A stretch of 63,216 nucleotides of DNA, counting the filler, from Choristocarpus tenellus KU-1152 (Eukaryota; Protista; Phaeophyceae): NCBI GenBank assembly GCA_964200185.2. It is 15 parts of 15 records of this genome, joined end to end, with 100 filler letters (N's around TTAATTAATTAA, not from the genome) between each part and the next. Parts side by side here need not be neighbours in the genome. Positions count along the whole stretch, not along the records: positions 39,630 to 44,003 come from CAXNAD020014849.1; positions 44,104 to 46,950 come from CAXNAD020024234.1; positions 47,051 to 50,487 come from CAXNAD020020035.1; positions 50,588 to 60,015 come from CAXNAD020003681.1; 11 more parts are not named here. One strand, given 5' to 3'. Numbering within the stretch: the stretch's first letter is position 1; every line of letters begins with the position of its first letter. Made by a program: the position numbers and the translations under genes. Positions 40,000 through 51,875 of this stretch are shown here, one piece after another. The notes beneath the pieces were generated by a model. It was not told the origin of the DNA, made no database searches, and worked only from the letters and a program-made list of their open reading frames with translations.

Positions 40000-41100
40000 T
40001 CTGACCTGAACTTTTCATCGTTTTCTGCATTGCACTGTCTACTGCGTCCTGTGCTCAAGAGAGACAAGAGGATAGGGAACATCCGAAATGGGACTGAAGC
40101 AGGAGAATCAAAGTATCATAGAGGGTAGAGCTGCATCCGTTTGGGGGCCATAATCCATTGTTGCCATTTTGATGTAATTTTGGTTATCATGTTTGTGATG
40201 AAGTGCCAATATTCTTGTTCTGGACACACCTTTTCATAATATATACATTTTTCCTACTCCGCAACATTTCGGAGTAAGGTAAAATGTCATGAAGAATGGG
40301 TGGGAAGCCAAGCCCTAAACGGACAAACAGGGAAAAACTCGTACCCTCTAAGATGCTTTCACTCAGGAGAGTAGACTCTAGCCTATGGGCTCCAGTGTTA
40401 GGCTGGTGGAAGTGTCTATGAGGTTGTGGATACCGCTATCATCGCCTAGTATCACATATGGCCTGACAAGGAAACATGTGCTCGTGCTTAGAATATGCAA
40501 GGAGTTCCAATTAGTGTGGCCTTTACAGGGCGAGCTGGACCTGTCACGGACAGATCCATGGGGCAAAGTGCCGCCGGTATCATGGCTAAATATGTGGGTG
40601 CTGTTGATGCACTGTTCCTTCGGATCAAACTTGTCTCCCTCAAATTTTATTCGACACCTTCGCGATTCTTCTCAGCCTATAAGAAGGGTTTTGGAATAAA
40701 CCTTGAGGAAACATGTTTCATGCAATGGATTCTCTCTGCACTAAGAATGCTTTCATGTTGAAACCGTGCATTCAATCACTCTTATTCTCCGACAGTTCTT
40801 GTGCTGTTAGCATTGTTATGAACAAAACATGACAGCATTGCATCTAACCGTGCCTCATCACGCCACTATCCCTCACAGACAGTGTGTGAAGCCATGTGCT
40901 GTTTCAGAGCAGTATATATGAACATCCTCGGGAGCATAAATGGTCGGGTTTGCATGAACGAGGGGTAAAGATTTGAAAAGTGGTTGGAGACCTTTCTCTT
41001 GGTTGATGCGACGTACCCATCCACTGATTGGGTGTTGACCTTCTCACCCTGAATGGATATGGATTGTGGCTGCGATGCCTTTAAGTATTACCACTCCAAC
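40000..41100. repeat. Unclassified dispersed element, copy 1 (inverted relative to 42585-43760)
   Basis: Long collinear reverse-complement match, e.g. CACATATGGCCTGACAAGGAAACATGTGCTCGTGCTTAGAATATGCAAGGAGTTCCAATT is identical in both. Confidence 0.85.
40105..40364. mobile_element. MITE family A, complete, TSD AGGA
   Basis: AGGA on both sides; the empty site is visible in the sister copy near 43655. Confidence 0.95.
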
Positions 41101-41832
41101 GCCAGGGTTAATGTGGTGGGAAAGGGGTTCAAATTGTTGATATTCCCATCTTTGTTTGCAAACATGGCTTCCTCCTTTAACGGTCTGAGATGAAATCTTG
41201 GGTCTCAGACATGTCCTAGAAGTTTGTTGATGTTCAAGTCTTTTATTATTATTGTCTACTTTGTCTACACGGTTACCGTTCCTAGAATAGTCTTTTTCAA
41301 GCACAACTGGATTGCCTAATCGAGATTGGAAGTGAGCTAGGTGAGGTCCGACCTCCACTACTCTCAGACTCTTAGATCTTACCATATGAGAATTCTAGAA
41401 CCAGTGCCCGATCCAAGAGCGTTCCCTTTTCTAGAACGTTCTTCTGGAACATTCTCATTCTACAGAGTTCCTACATTTTTCCGTCGCAACTCTTTTGTTG
41501 CCCTTTGCTGTCATAGTATTTCGAGTTGTATTGTTAACAGTTACACCAAGGTATCAACATATGAGTGTCCCTATTAAGACTGTAGAGCACTGAATACAAC
41601 ACAAACGCAAACACTCGATACTCATGGGGGTAATACCACCTGTAACGTGGGTCTGAATAGAGTTTAGTTTTGTGAAATGTGGAAATGAGATACTCGAAAT
41701 CTCGAGAAATTGGGAGGGAAGGCAAATATGCACGGATAGTTCATGAATCGACGCATGAATCGACGCGAGGTTTGTTTGTTCTTGAATTCTGGACTAACTC
41801 GTTAGCCTCGTGTAAGACATACATCCACTCCA

Positions 41833-42212
41833 GAGTCAAAGAGTTTAAGAGGGTAGGGCTGCGTCCGTTTGGGGTCCAAAATCCAATGTTGCAGTTTTGA
41901 CGTAATTTTGGATCTCGTGTTTGTTGGCGTCAATATCCTTGCTATACGTCCACTCCAGAGTCGAAGCATTTAAGAGGATAGGGCTGCGTCCGTTGGGGGT
42001 CCAAAATCCAATGTTCCAATTTTGATTTAATTTTGGCTATCGTGTTTGTTAGCGTCAATATCCTTGCTCCAGACACACCTTTCATGGTCGTATGCATTTT
42101 ATCTGCTCCGAAATGTTTCGAAAACCGAAAAAAGGATATATAAAAACGTGGGAAGCCAAGCCCCGAAAGGACAAACAGGGCAAAACTCCTACCCTCTTAA
42201 ATGCTTTGGGAG
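41833..42212. mobile_element. MITE family A variant with its first ~125 bp tandemly duplicated
   Basis: TCCACTCCAGAGTC(A/G)AAG occurs at both ~41825 and ~41950; right end TACCCTCTTAAATGCTTTG. Confidence 0.85.
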
Positions 42213-42265
42213 GAGGGAATTGATTGACTTGATGGGCGTCGGCATGCGACGCCCACGGCAGAAGT

Positions 42266-42444
42266 GGCTCAAAGTATCTGGGGTGGGGTGGCGTCTGTCC
42301 ATTTGGGGCCAATTTTTTCAAGTCGCGATTTTGGGTGATTTGGTTGCATACGTCGGATGGATAATGAAAGTGCACTTTTCCTGACTATGGTCCAAATGGA
42401 CACCCTGGTGTAGACCCCCCCATCCTCCCCAGATACTTTGGGTC
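42266..42444. mobile_element. MITE family B, complete
   Basis: GGCTCAAAGTATCTGGGG...CCCCAGATACTTTGGGTC; collinear with 9957-10132. Confidence 0.92.
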
Positions 42445-42584
42445 GGTTTTGGAGCCAGACACAAGTATATACAATATATCTTGTGCGACGTAGGGGCACT
42501 TGAAGGGACTCCTACAGATGCTCCAAGCACAGGATGCTCCAAGCACAAGCACGTGCCAAAAACTTGCTTGACGGAAATCCTGGT

Positions 42585-43760
42585 GCTGGAGTGGTAATAG
42601 TTAGAGGCATCACAGTCACAATCTAGACACATTCCAGGGAAAAGGGCCAAAACCCAATCAGTGGATGGGTACGTCGCTTCAACCAAGGCAGAGTGACAGT
42701 GTCTTAGAGGGTACGAGTTTTACCCTGTTTGTCTATTTGGGGCTTGCCTTCCTTCGCTTTTTTTTACATTTTCCCACTCTGAAATGTTTCCAGTAGGTAT
42801 AATGTATACGTTTTTGGAGTAGGTAAGATGTATGCGTCATGAAAAGGTGTGTCCGGAGAAGAATATTGACATTTCTTAACAAAGGCGATAGCCAAAATTA
42901 CATCAAAATCGCAACATTGGATTTTGGCCCCCAAATGGACGCGTCTCTACCCTCTAAGATACATTGACTCGGAAAAGTCTCCAACCACTTCTCAAGTCCT
43001 TACCCCCTCGTTCATGCAAACCCGACCATTCACACTCTCTAGGGTGTTCATGTATACTGCTCTGAAACAGCACATGGCCTCACACACTGCCTGTGAGGGA
43101 TAGAGGCGCGTTGAGGCACGGTCAGATGCAATGCTGTCGTGTTTTGTTCATAACAATGCTAACAGTACAAGAACGTTCGGAGAATAAGAGTGACTAAATG
43201 CACGGTTTCAACAGGACAGCATCTTTAGTGTAGAGAGAATCCAACACGTGATTGAGTGCTCGGTTTCAACAAGAAAACATTCTTAGTGCAGAGAATCCAT
43301 TGCATGAAACATGTTTCCTGATGGTTTATTCCAAAACCCTTCTTGTAGGCTGAGAAGGGTCGCGAAGGTGTCGGATAAAATTCGAAGGAGGCATGTTTGA
43401 CCTGGAGGAGCAGTGCATCATCAGCACCCACAAATTTAGCCATGATACCGGCAACACTTTTCTCATTAATCTGTCCACGGCAGGTCCACCTCACCCTGTA
43501 AAGGCCACACCAATTGGAACTCCTTGCATATTCTAAGCACGAGCACATGTTTCCTTGTCAGGCCATATGTGATACTTGACGATGATGGTGGTGCTCAAGA
43601 GGTCATAGACACCTCCACCAGCCCAACACTGGAGCTCACAGGCTGGAGCCCACTTCCCTGGTTCAGTCCCATTCGGATGTTCCCTATTCTCTTGTCTCTC
43701 TCGAAAGGGTGCAGCAGACAGTGCAATGCAGAAAACGATGAAAAGTCTCCAGCAGGCCCA
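42585..43760. repeat. Unclassified dispersed element, copy 2
   Basis: Reverse complement of 40000-41100, with a different MITE insertion. Confidence 0.85.
42691..42970. mobile_element. MITE family A, complete, imperfect TSD GGCA/GGAA
   Basis: GAGTGACAGTGTCTTAGAGGGTA...TACCCTCTAAGATACATTGACTC; empty site near 41000. Confidence 0.92.
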
Positions 43761-43890
43761 TAGTATCCTAGAGTGGGGGTTGTTTAGACCAAGTGGTCCA
43801 TTCGGGGCTTATTGGGGTGTTGTAAGATACCACAGTTTGATGCCCGCTTTGCTGATGATTTTTCTTCGGCTTTAGTCAATGCAGGGGGAT

Positions 43891-44003
43891 GGCAAAAAGT
43901 ATCTGAGGGGAGGTGGCGGCTGTCCATTTGGGGTCAATTTTTTCATGTCGCGATTTTTGGGTGGTTTGGGTTGCATATATCTGATGGATAACGTAAATGC
44001 ACT
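43891..44003. mobile_element. MITE family B, partial
   Basis: AAAGTATCTGAGGGG..CTGTCCATTTGGGGTCAATTTT. Confidence 0.85.
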
Positions 44004-47000
44004 NNNNNNNNNNNNNNNNNNNNNNNNNNNNNNNNNNNNNNNNNNNNTTAATTAATTAANNNNNNNNNNNNNNNNNNNNNNNNNNNNNNNNNNNNNNNNN
44101 NNNAGATAGAAGACCAGAAAAGGTTTGGGGGGGGTATAATTGATGAGGGAAGGGTTGTGTTGATCCCCCTCTATTGATTGCCTTTTCTCATTGGGCTTGG
44201 GGAAATTTGTGATTTGTCAACTTCTGCGATTCCGCAGGTAACTGAGTATTCTCCAGTCTTGCCAGAATATGAAGGTGGAGAAGTCTTCTCCAAAATGTAG
44301 TCTTTGGGCTGCCCTACAGGGGTCTAATTATGGTTGTGGTCTTGTCAACAGCACAGAGCATGACTAGCCCAATAGCATTATCAAGTTTGAAAAACTGACT
44401 GGACGGTTTACCGTGACACTATAACCAAAAACTAACTGGAAGATCAACTCGCTAATAGATAAGAAAGCAGTAGTCAAATACTGTTGAGCTGCATGTTATC
44501 ACATCCCAAAGAGTCTTATATAGTGAATCGGATCCATGTCACCTTCCATGGGCTATAACCCAAGGCTAACAACACCAACATCGTACAACCTACAACTTGA
44601 CCTGCTCCTCCTTGCCCTTAGAAGTCTCATGAGCTATTGCCGTGAATCTGCTCTCGTGGTCCTCAGTACGGTCCTACACACCTAAAGCCTTGACTATTCA
44701 CTATGATGGCAAGCATGCTGCCAGTTATAGCCTTGAACAGGCATGGTTGTCTGTATATTTGCAGGGTCTATGCAGAGAATTGCTTCATGAACATATTGGG
44801 GAGAAATCACCCTCCGCATGTTGATTTTGCTTCTATCGTCAGTACTGCACATCATAGTGCCAAACTGATCCACCAACTCCCCTGTACCTAGTTGACAGCA
44901 ACAATCTCCGATTTGTCAGGAGCATCAGCATTCTGTCACCATAAGCCCTATGGACATCCCTGCTACCATAAACGTTTTCGATATTCTCATACACTACCTA
45001 ACTTGGGAGACATCCATGGTCTATCCTTTTCTCTTGTGACTCTCGTTTCTAGGCAGGGTGGTCCAGGAATGAGTATACGGTAAGGTGTTTGTGAGCTGAA
45101 CGGTAGGGAGCAAACGAACAGGCATACCGTAAGATTGGTACTCTCAAGGAAACTTCCTTTTATCCACTACCTGAGCCCGTTCTTTTTTGGGGAAATTTTG
45201 GGGGCAACGTAAGAAGCAAGACCTTTATGACATCCTCAGCAAGCCAATGGATACCGTGGATTACTAACTCTAACCCTACCAAAGGACATGTTATTATTCT
45301 TGTGGGTGCTTTGTAGGAAGAAGCTTTCCCACAACACGAATACATAGGTGAGGCAGTAAACATTACATTCCTTGTGGAACACAGGTCAGGTAGGGCTTTC
45401 CAATGACTGCAATTCGCTCGGCCCAGCTCCATTACAGCATCATAGAAAATAAGCATGACTGCACGGTCCCTACGAGTTGTTGCCAACCAAAGTACGTCAA
45501 AGCATGCATTATACTCTCTGCAATGTATGCGCATGCGGACTATGAGCGGGACTTTAGTCTTCTGCAAGTACCTTGTTTGCAGCCGTTTTTTTCTCTTAGC
45601 GTTATTGTTGGTAGTAGCGCTATTTTGAAGTAAGCGATAGCTGGGATGCTCACTGAATCTGCCTAAACATTGAAGTAGTAAAATCACCTCGCCTTAGACC
45701 TCCGTCATTGGATTTGGACCCCTGCAGTGTGTTCAATTGGTAGAAGATATTCAGTGTTTTGGATGGTGTCAAGGACTGATTCCGATTTTTGCTACTAAGG
45801 TTAATCGCTTTATTACTTCTATTAATTTCCTTCCAAACATAAAGAGATGTACTTCAAGGTATAATCTCAGTAGTGGGAGAAGAAGAATGTAAAGCTCATC
45901 GGTCAAAGTTTGACTGTGTAGTAAGTACTACATAGACAAATTGGGGCTATAATTGAACTCCTCTGGAAACATACAATCTCAACGAAATACCAGCAGGATG
46001 GTAAACCTATCTTTCATGTCAATATCATTGTGAGAAGTGGGTGTATGAAACGTTAGTAGTCTCGTGCATTTGACCAGATTCTTTTTGCAATGATTACTAT
46101 GCTTCAGTCTTCCTTATACCACCACCAGTCAAAAGCGTGTATAAAAAAGGTACTACATTTGCTCGATAAAAAAGGTACAGTTAGTTCACACTTAAAAGAA
46201 GAGCTGAGGTCAAGATAAGGACTATCATCTTAGTGGGGAACGACCAAAACGAGATCACAGAGACGACGCAAATATTGACTTTTTTTAGAGGGTGGGGTGT
46301 GGTAGTGCACTTGATGATGGGTCCGTGATCCCATACTAGTTCAAAGTATAGTGCAAGGTACTTTCTTTTAAGTAGTATTGAATCTCTTGAGGCTAGGAAT
46401 AATGATGAGAATAGTTAGCTGTTGCTTCCCATCTTTCGGCAACCATCCCTGGACTTTGAGATGGCAGTGGTATAGCCGTAGGGACCTCAGTACTCATTTT
46501 GCCCTTCCAGAGTCAGGTTCATCTCAGCTTTTGTTGCTCTGCCGTATTATTTATCTGGAATAGGCATGCTTATACTTGAAAACAACAACGAATGAATTAT
46601 AACGGTTCTTTTCTTTGGAGTTTATTTTCGACATTAAAATAAGAATTGGTGGCAGAAAGGATTGGAACTCAACACTACTTTGCATGACTCGGATGTAGCA
46701 AGACTAGATACGTTTCAACACAAATCGCGAATCATCAAGATTTAAAATTGATATGACTGATAAGATTGGCATCAATCCTAATCGCACCCCTGGAAAAATA
46801 TGTATGCTACCTGATATCCAACCTTTTTTGGTATGGTGGCTTCGTGGAAATACGAGTACCTCTGCAATTGTTTAACCTCAATATCCGTGTGACATACAGC
46901 AATTCCACCTATAACAGGGGATCCTCAAAATTGAGGATGGCGCGGGACTANNNNNNNNNNNNNNNNNNNNNNNNNNNNNNNNNNNNNNNNNNNNTTAATT

Positions 47001-48843
47001 AATTAANNNNNNNNNNNNNNNNNNNNNNNNNNNNNNNNNNNNNNNNNNNNCCCCCCCAGATACTTTGAGCCTACTTCAACGTCAGAGGCTGTTGGGCCAA
47101 ATAGGGGCTGGACTCCCTATGGTGGTGGGATAAAGACAGTGAGGAGGGGTCCAGGAATAAGTTGTCCTCTACTGCAGCAGCGAAGACAGCCGGCATATGC
47201 AACCTCTAAGATGTGCTTCCAAGTAGCACATGTTTCTGTTGTCCGATCTTGTGTGATTTGCTCGTCTTTGTTATGAGTGAGTAATAATGAACAGAGTGAG
47301 AAGAGCTGTCTCTCCAGCTATTAATGGGATGCACGAACATACCCCAAGCAGCAGCAGCAGCACAACTAATAGAATGTGTCTGGAGTGCAGGGACCATGGG
47401 CTGTGTGTCCAGATGAACAGTTACACTTGTGACCTTCGGAATAACAATTCCAGACTTCTGAGCGCCTCCAAGATAGCTCGAGGGTGGGAGGTACATTGCA
47501 TGGCAGTCTGCAAAATATTACCCATGAACTACCCTGCAACATTTTGCAGCGCATGTCATTTCTTGGAGACACTTCTCCCTCTATTCATCACTGAAGTAAC
47601 ACCTTTGTCCGATTCATTGCTCCTGTGGAAGTATAGGTAGAAGGAGTCGCTTACAATAGGTAATCTAAGAGCAAGAGCATTGGCAGTGGTGTTGCAGTAG
47701 GTTCCTACCAAGAGGAGGACCACAAGTCAATACACTACATAGCTCCTCGATATGATACCTGTTAAAGACACACATGCTTAACACCTTCTCCTCTCCTCCA
47801 CCAAACAAATTACTTTGCCACCCTTATGTAAGTCATCCACAGCTGAACCTGCACATTTCTTTTTAAAAACGTTCAAGCGTAAACAAGCGTAAATTAAAGT
47901 ACCGCCTCCATGCATAGAAAACCAAGGAGGTTCCATTGTGGTGGCTGCTGCCTATACACTGGCCAATTTCTGGAACTGCTACCACTGAGAAAAAGTGGCT
48001 ACACAAAAGTCCATAGTATGGCATGATCGATAGGTAGGGCTGACCTTGTATGGAACACATAATTCTGTCAACAAGCATCATTTACCATCACACCATGCTG
48101 CCACCCTAAACTGCCAAAATGTTGTAACTGCTCTAATGTACCTCCCCCCCTCTACACCGTGCTTGAACTAAACCCAAAGATTGACTCAAGGCCGTGGGAG
48201 CCATGCTACGTGTCACTAAACTGTTCTAGTGCCTAGCCTTCAAAACTTCTCACTACCACAATGTATCATGACAGGAGACGACAGGTTTTCCCACCTCTTT
48301 TGCCACACTCACCACCCAAGGTACTGCTTGGCCATCTAGTAAGATCACGCTGTTTGGACATGAGCCTACAACCAACCTAGTCGGGAGCCTCCCACACAAT
48401 CCATATCAAACAGATTCTTTCTAAATTACTGCGCCAACGGCCCAGAGATGTCAGCAACCAAGATGGTGGGATATGGGAAGGTGGGTGACCACCGTGTGTG
48501 TGAGGAAGCATTACTATTTCACTGACTTGAGAGGACCCTACAGCTTAGCACGCTAGCCACATTGGGTAAAGCAAAAACACTGTTCAGGAGGATGCATACA
48601 GAGATTGTTCTGCAACATCTTGTGGGGGGGGTTTAGGGGTTTAGGGGTTCAGGGGTTCGGGAGGGGAAATGATGAAGGTTTTTCAACATATCCCATCCTC
48701 TTCGCAGGCATGAAGGGTCTTGACAAAGCTGGAGCATTGTGATGTGGTTGTGTCACTGACTAGTTGAGTAGTAGTAGCCTATTTGTGGATGCAAGGCACA
48801 AGGGAGAGCAAGGGTGTGTGGGTGGGACAGGTGGGGGGGGGGG

Positions 48844-48905
<62 letters not shown>

Positions 48906-49415
48906 GAGGAATTAATTTCATTTGTGTTTGATGAGCGGGTCATCTATGACAAATTACTGCATTGTATTTCATCCAGGCGACTGCAGTGTCCAATGGTGAA
49001 ATTCTCAAGTCATCAAGAAAAATGCTCTGATCCCCATTCACCTCACTCCTGAATATGACCGTTTGACTGCCTTCCCCCCTAAGACACTACAGAGAGCAGT
49101 TGTCCATGCAAGGTACCCATGTGAGCTTCGTGCAGGAATAATTATCCCCACAATGTGCTCAAACGCATTTGAAAAAAAGATAAACTGGCAACACTAACCC
49201 GGCAAACCCCACCAATCCACACACCCCAACCCCCTCAGCCTTTCTACCCTCCGACAAAATCCTACTGGGAACAAGATTGCTACAGCATACTCTTACACCA
49301 TGACCTGCATGGGGGGAGACAAGCAGTGCTCCACTGTGCTACCCCTACTGCGCGAGCAGTGAGGACAAAATGAACTTCACTAACCCTAACCCTAACCATT
49401 CTCACTTCTACACAG

Positions 49416-49634
49416 CACAAAAATATCAAGAATGCTGGTAGGCAACAAACTCCCTCTCTCCCTAATCTACTCGAGCACCACAGGCATTCCCGGTCGGGAA
49501 ATCTGACAGGGCCCCCAATAAGAAGAAAGAAGGTACTAGGCACTGTGCACAAGGGAAGATCCGACAACGGCATGAAATGCGGCTGCAACGAGACATTTGA
49601 GAGGCTTCCAACCTCCCCGTACAAAAAAATGTAA
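49416..49634 (+). CDS. Possible terminal exon of an unidentified plus-strand gene
   Basis: (TAACCC)3 plus a pyrimidine tract and ACACAG acceptor, followed by a 72-codon open frame to TAA. No recognisable domain. Confidence 0.3.
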   Translation, partial: HKNIKNAGRQQTPSLPNLLEHHRHSRSGNLTGPPIRRKKVLGTVHKGRSDNGMKCGCNETFERLPTSPYKKM

Positions 49635-49852
49635 CACAATATATGTATGTTGTATGTATGTATGTATGTATGTAGAGAGGTGCTGGTATGTGCTGTGGCC
49701 TTCCAGAGCGCCATCTCTGCTGTGCTACGGCTACGAGATTGTAGACTCCGAGGGAGTCAAAAGCAAGACATTCGCTTCAGAACACAACAAACCAAAACCT
49801 GATCACAATAAGAAAATACAGATGGGACACTTCCTACACAACCGTTGCGTCG

Positions 49853-49896
<44 letters not shown>

Positions 49897-50136
49897 TTTT
49901 TTTTTTTTCCTTCGCTTCGAAAACAAAAAATGGAGGCGATGCATTCAGTCACGACACTACTCTCGAATCGGGGTTTCATGCAAAGTGCGGAGGCATGAGT
50001 GCACACCACATGCACTTCAGAAGCAGATACGAAAATAGAGGCGGCGCGCATCAGTCCCATTGCCACGAAGAGGGGGTTTCCTGCAAAATGCAGAGGCATT
50101 CAACATATTCTACATTTTTTTTCCCCCGCCGTACGT

Positions 50137-50326
50137 TTAAAGTTTGGGCAAGACTGTAGAGGAATCATATTCAGGGGGCATAGAGACTTCGGCTTTCCTC
50201 ACCGAATACTATGGCTAGCAGCAGTACCAGAACAGCAAAGGGATTGAGTCCACCCCCCTCCCTGTGTCCCCCAGCAGCCTTCTTGCTGGCAGCTTCCGCT
50301 AGTTTTTCCTTTTCCTCCTCAGTGAG
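50137..50326 (-). CDS. 3' exons of a tail-anchored membrane protein, cytochrome-b5-like C-terminus (50326-50203, 50153-50137)
   Basis: CAG|LTEEEKEKLAEAASKKAAGGHREGGGLNPFAVLVLLLAIVF|GTGAG...CAG|VLPKL*: charged linker then a terminal TM helix. The haem domain is not in this contig. Confidence 0.5.
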
Positions 50327-50442
50327 CTGAGGTTTCCATGAAAAACAGACACGTTTGTAAGAATTCCAAGGAGGGGGGATAGATAACATAACATTGGCAT
50401 GGGTGAGGGAGATAGAGATAAAGAGGGAAAAAGAGGGGGGGG

Positions 50443-50482
<40 letters not shown>

Positions 50483-51109
50483 CGCTGNNNNNNNNNNNNN
50501 NNNNNNNNNNNNNNNNNNNNNNNNNNNNNNNTTAATTAATTAANNNNNNNNNNNNNNNNNNNNNNNNNNNNNNNNNNNNNNNNNNNNTTGCCCGAAACGG
50601 ACCTCCCCTTAAAAACCCCCCCCCCCCCCCCCAGATACTTTGACCCATTAGGGTATTTACAACTTAGTTATCCCACTATAGTCATACTAGAAATCAAGGC
50701 TACGAAATTTATTCCCTAAGTTCAAATTATGCTCAAAACCATGGAATTGAGCTAAAAAGACAATGCAGTTACTAAAAAGTTGTCATTCAATGAACCAGAA
50801 TCTAACAAAGAAACTCTTTCTGCTCTTAGTTCCAAATCATGCCATGGCTACTTCTTTGGTAGATGACTAAAACGAAACCACATTACACCAGCTACTGTTT
50901 CTCCTTCATGAAATTGTGCATTTAATAGTGAAAGAACAGTTGAAATGCCATCACTTAGGCCTGGACACAAGGTATTCCATCAATGCCTATCAAATTAATT
51001 ATTGTCCTAGATAAGAGACGAGGACAATAATCTCAGCAAAATATGCAACACTACATGCTGTAAAAAGTAACCCCTAACCCATGTGTAAAGTGAAGAAGAA
51101 AAAACAACA

Positions 51110-51675
51110 GTAAATGGTGAAACACCTGCACCAACTATGTAAGGGGATGAGCATCCCTTGCACTATGGAGGACAGTAGCCCTTTCATAGTTGACAGGAAT
51201 CTCCGCATGGATCTGGTGTTCCATAAGGGTGCTAGCGGACGCTGGAACTGCCCCCTACAGGTACAAAGGTCTTCTACTACATGGCACATTCGCAGAAGTA
51301 CAGGCAACCTCCCACCTTACCCACTCATCCACCAGCAATAATGGTGTAGCTACTGCTGCAGCTGAGGTGCGAAAGCGCACCCACTACGAGGGCTCTTTGA
51401 TTCTCGTAGTTATATGGAATCACCAGGGAGATGGGCACGGAGGGGTTTATTGGATTCTTGGGATGCCTCCCTAACTCCTCCCATGGCATAGGTATATGTA
51501 GATTGGAGACACGGAGGGCAGTAGTACAACATAGTGCTGAAGTAACAAATGGATTAGGGTTTTCCACATACATGGTATTTCACTTCTGAACAGCTCATAC
51601 TGACAATATAGTTTTAATTGGTTTCCCCTTGATACATCATCTCCAAAATGTCAGAGGGCATAATAATATATAATG
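51110..51675 (+). mobile_element. Internally deleted 3' fragment of the CRE-like element
   Basis: MVKHLHQLCKGMSIPC..RMDLVFH, KRTHYEG; ends CAGAGGGCATAATAATA. Confidence 0.85.
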
Positions 51676-51875
51676 AGAATGTTCAAGGTATGTAAAATTG
51701 TATCGTTTCGTTTTTTATTAGAACATGATAATATCGCGCGCTCGTGCAAAACCAAAATTGAAAAACTCACTAAGATGAGGCAATAAGTGCAGCCCAACGA
51801 GGCGATCACCTGTATCACAGAGGGGGATTATGTGCCCAACGATCGCTAGAGGTGGAATATCTCATACAGAAGGAG

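Noticed and set aside
48783-49052. Poly-Gly ORF
   Set aside because: Translation of a G homopolymer of unreliable length.
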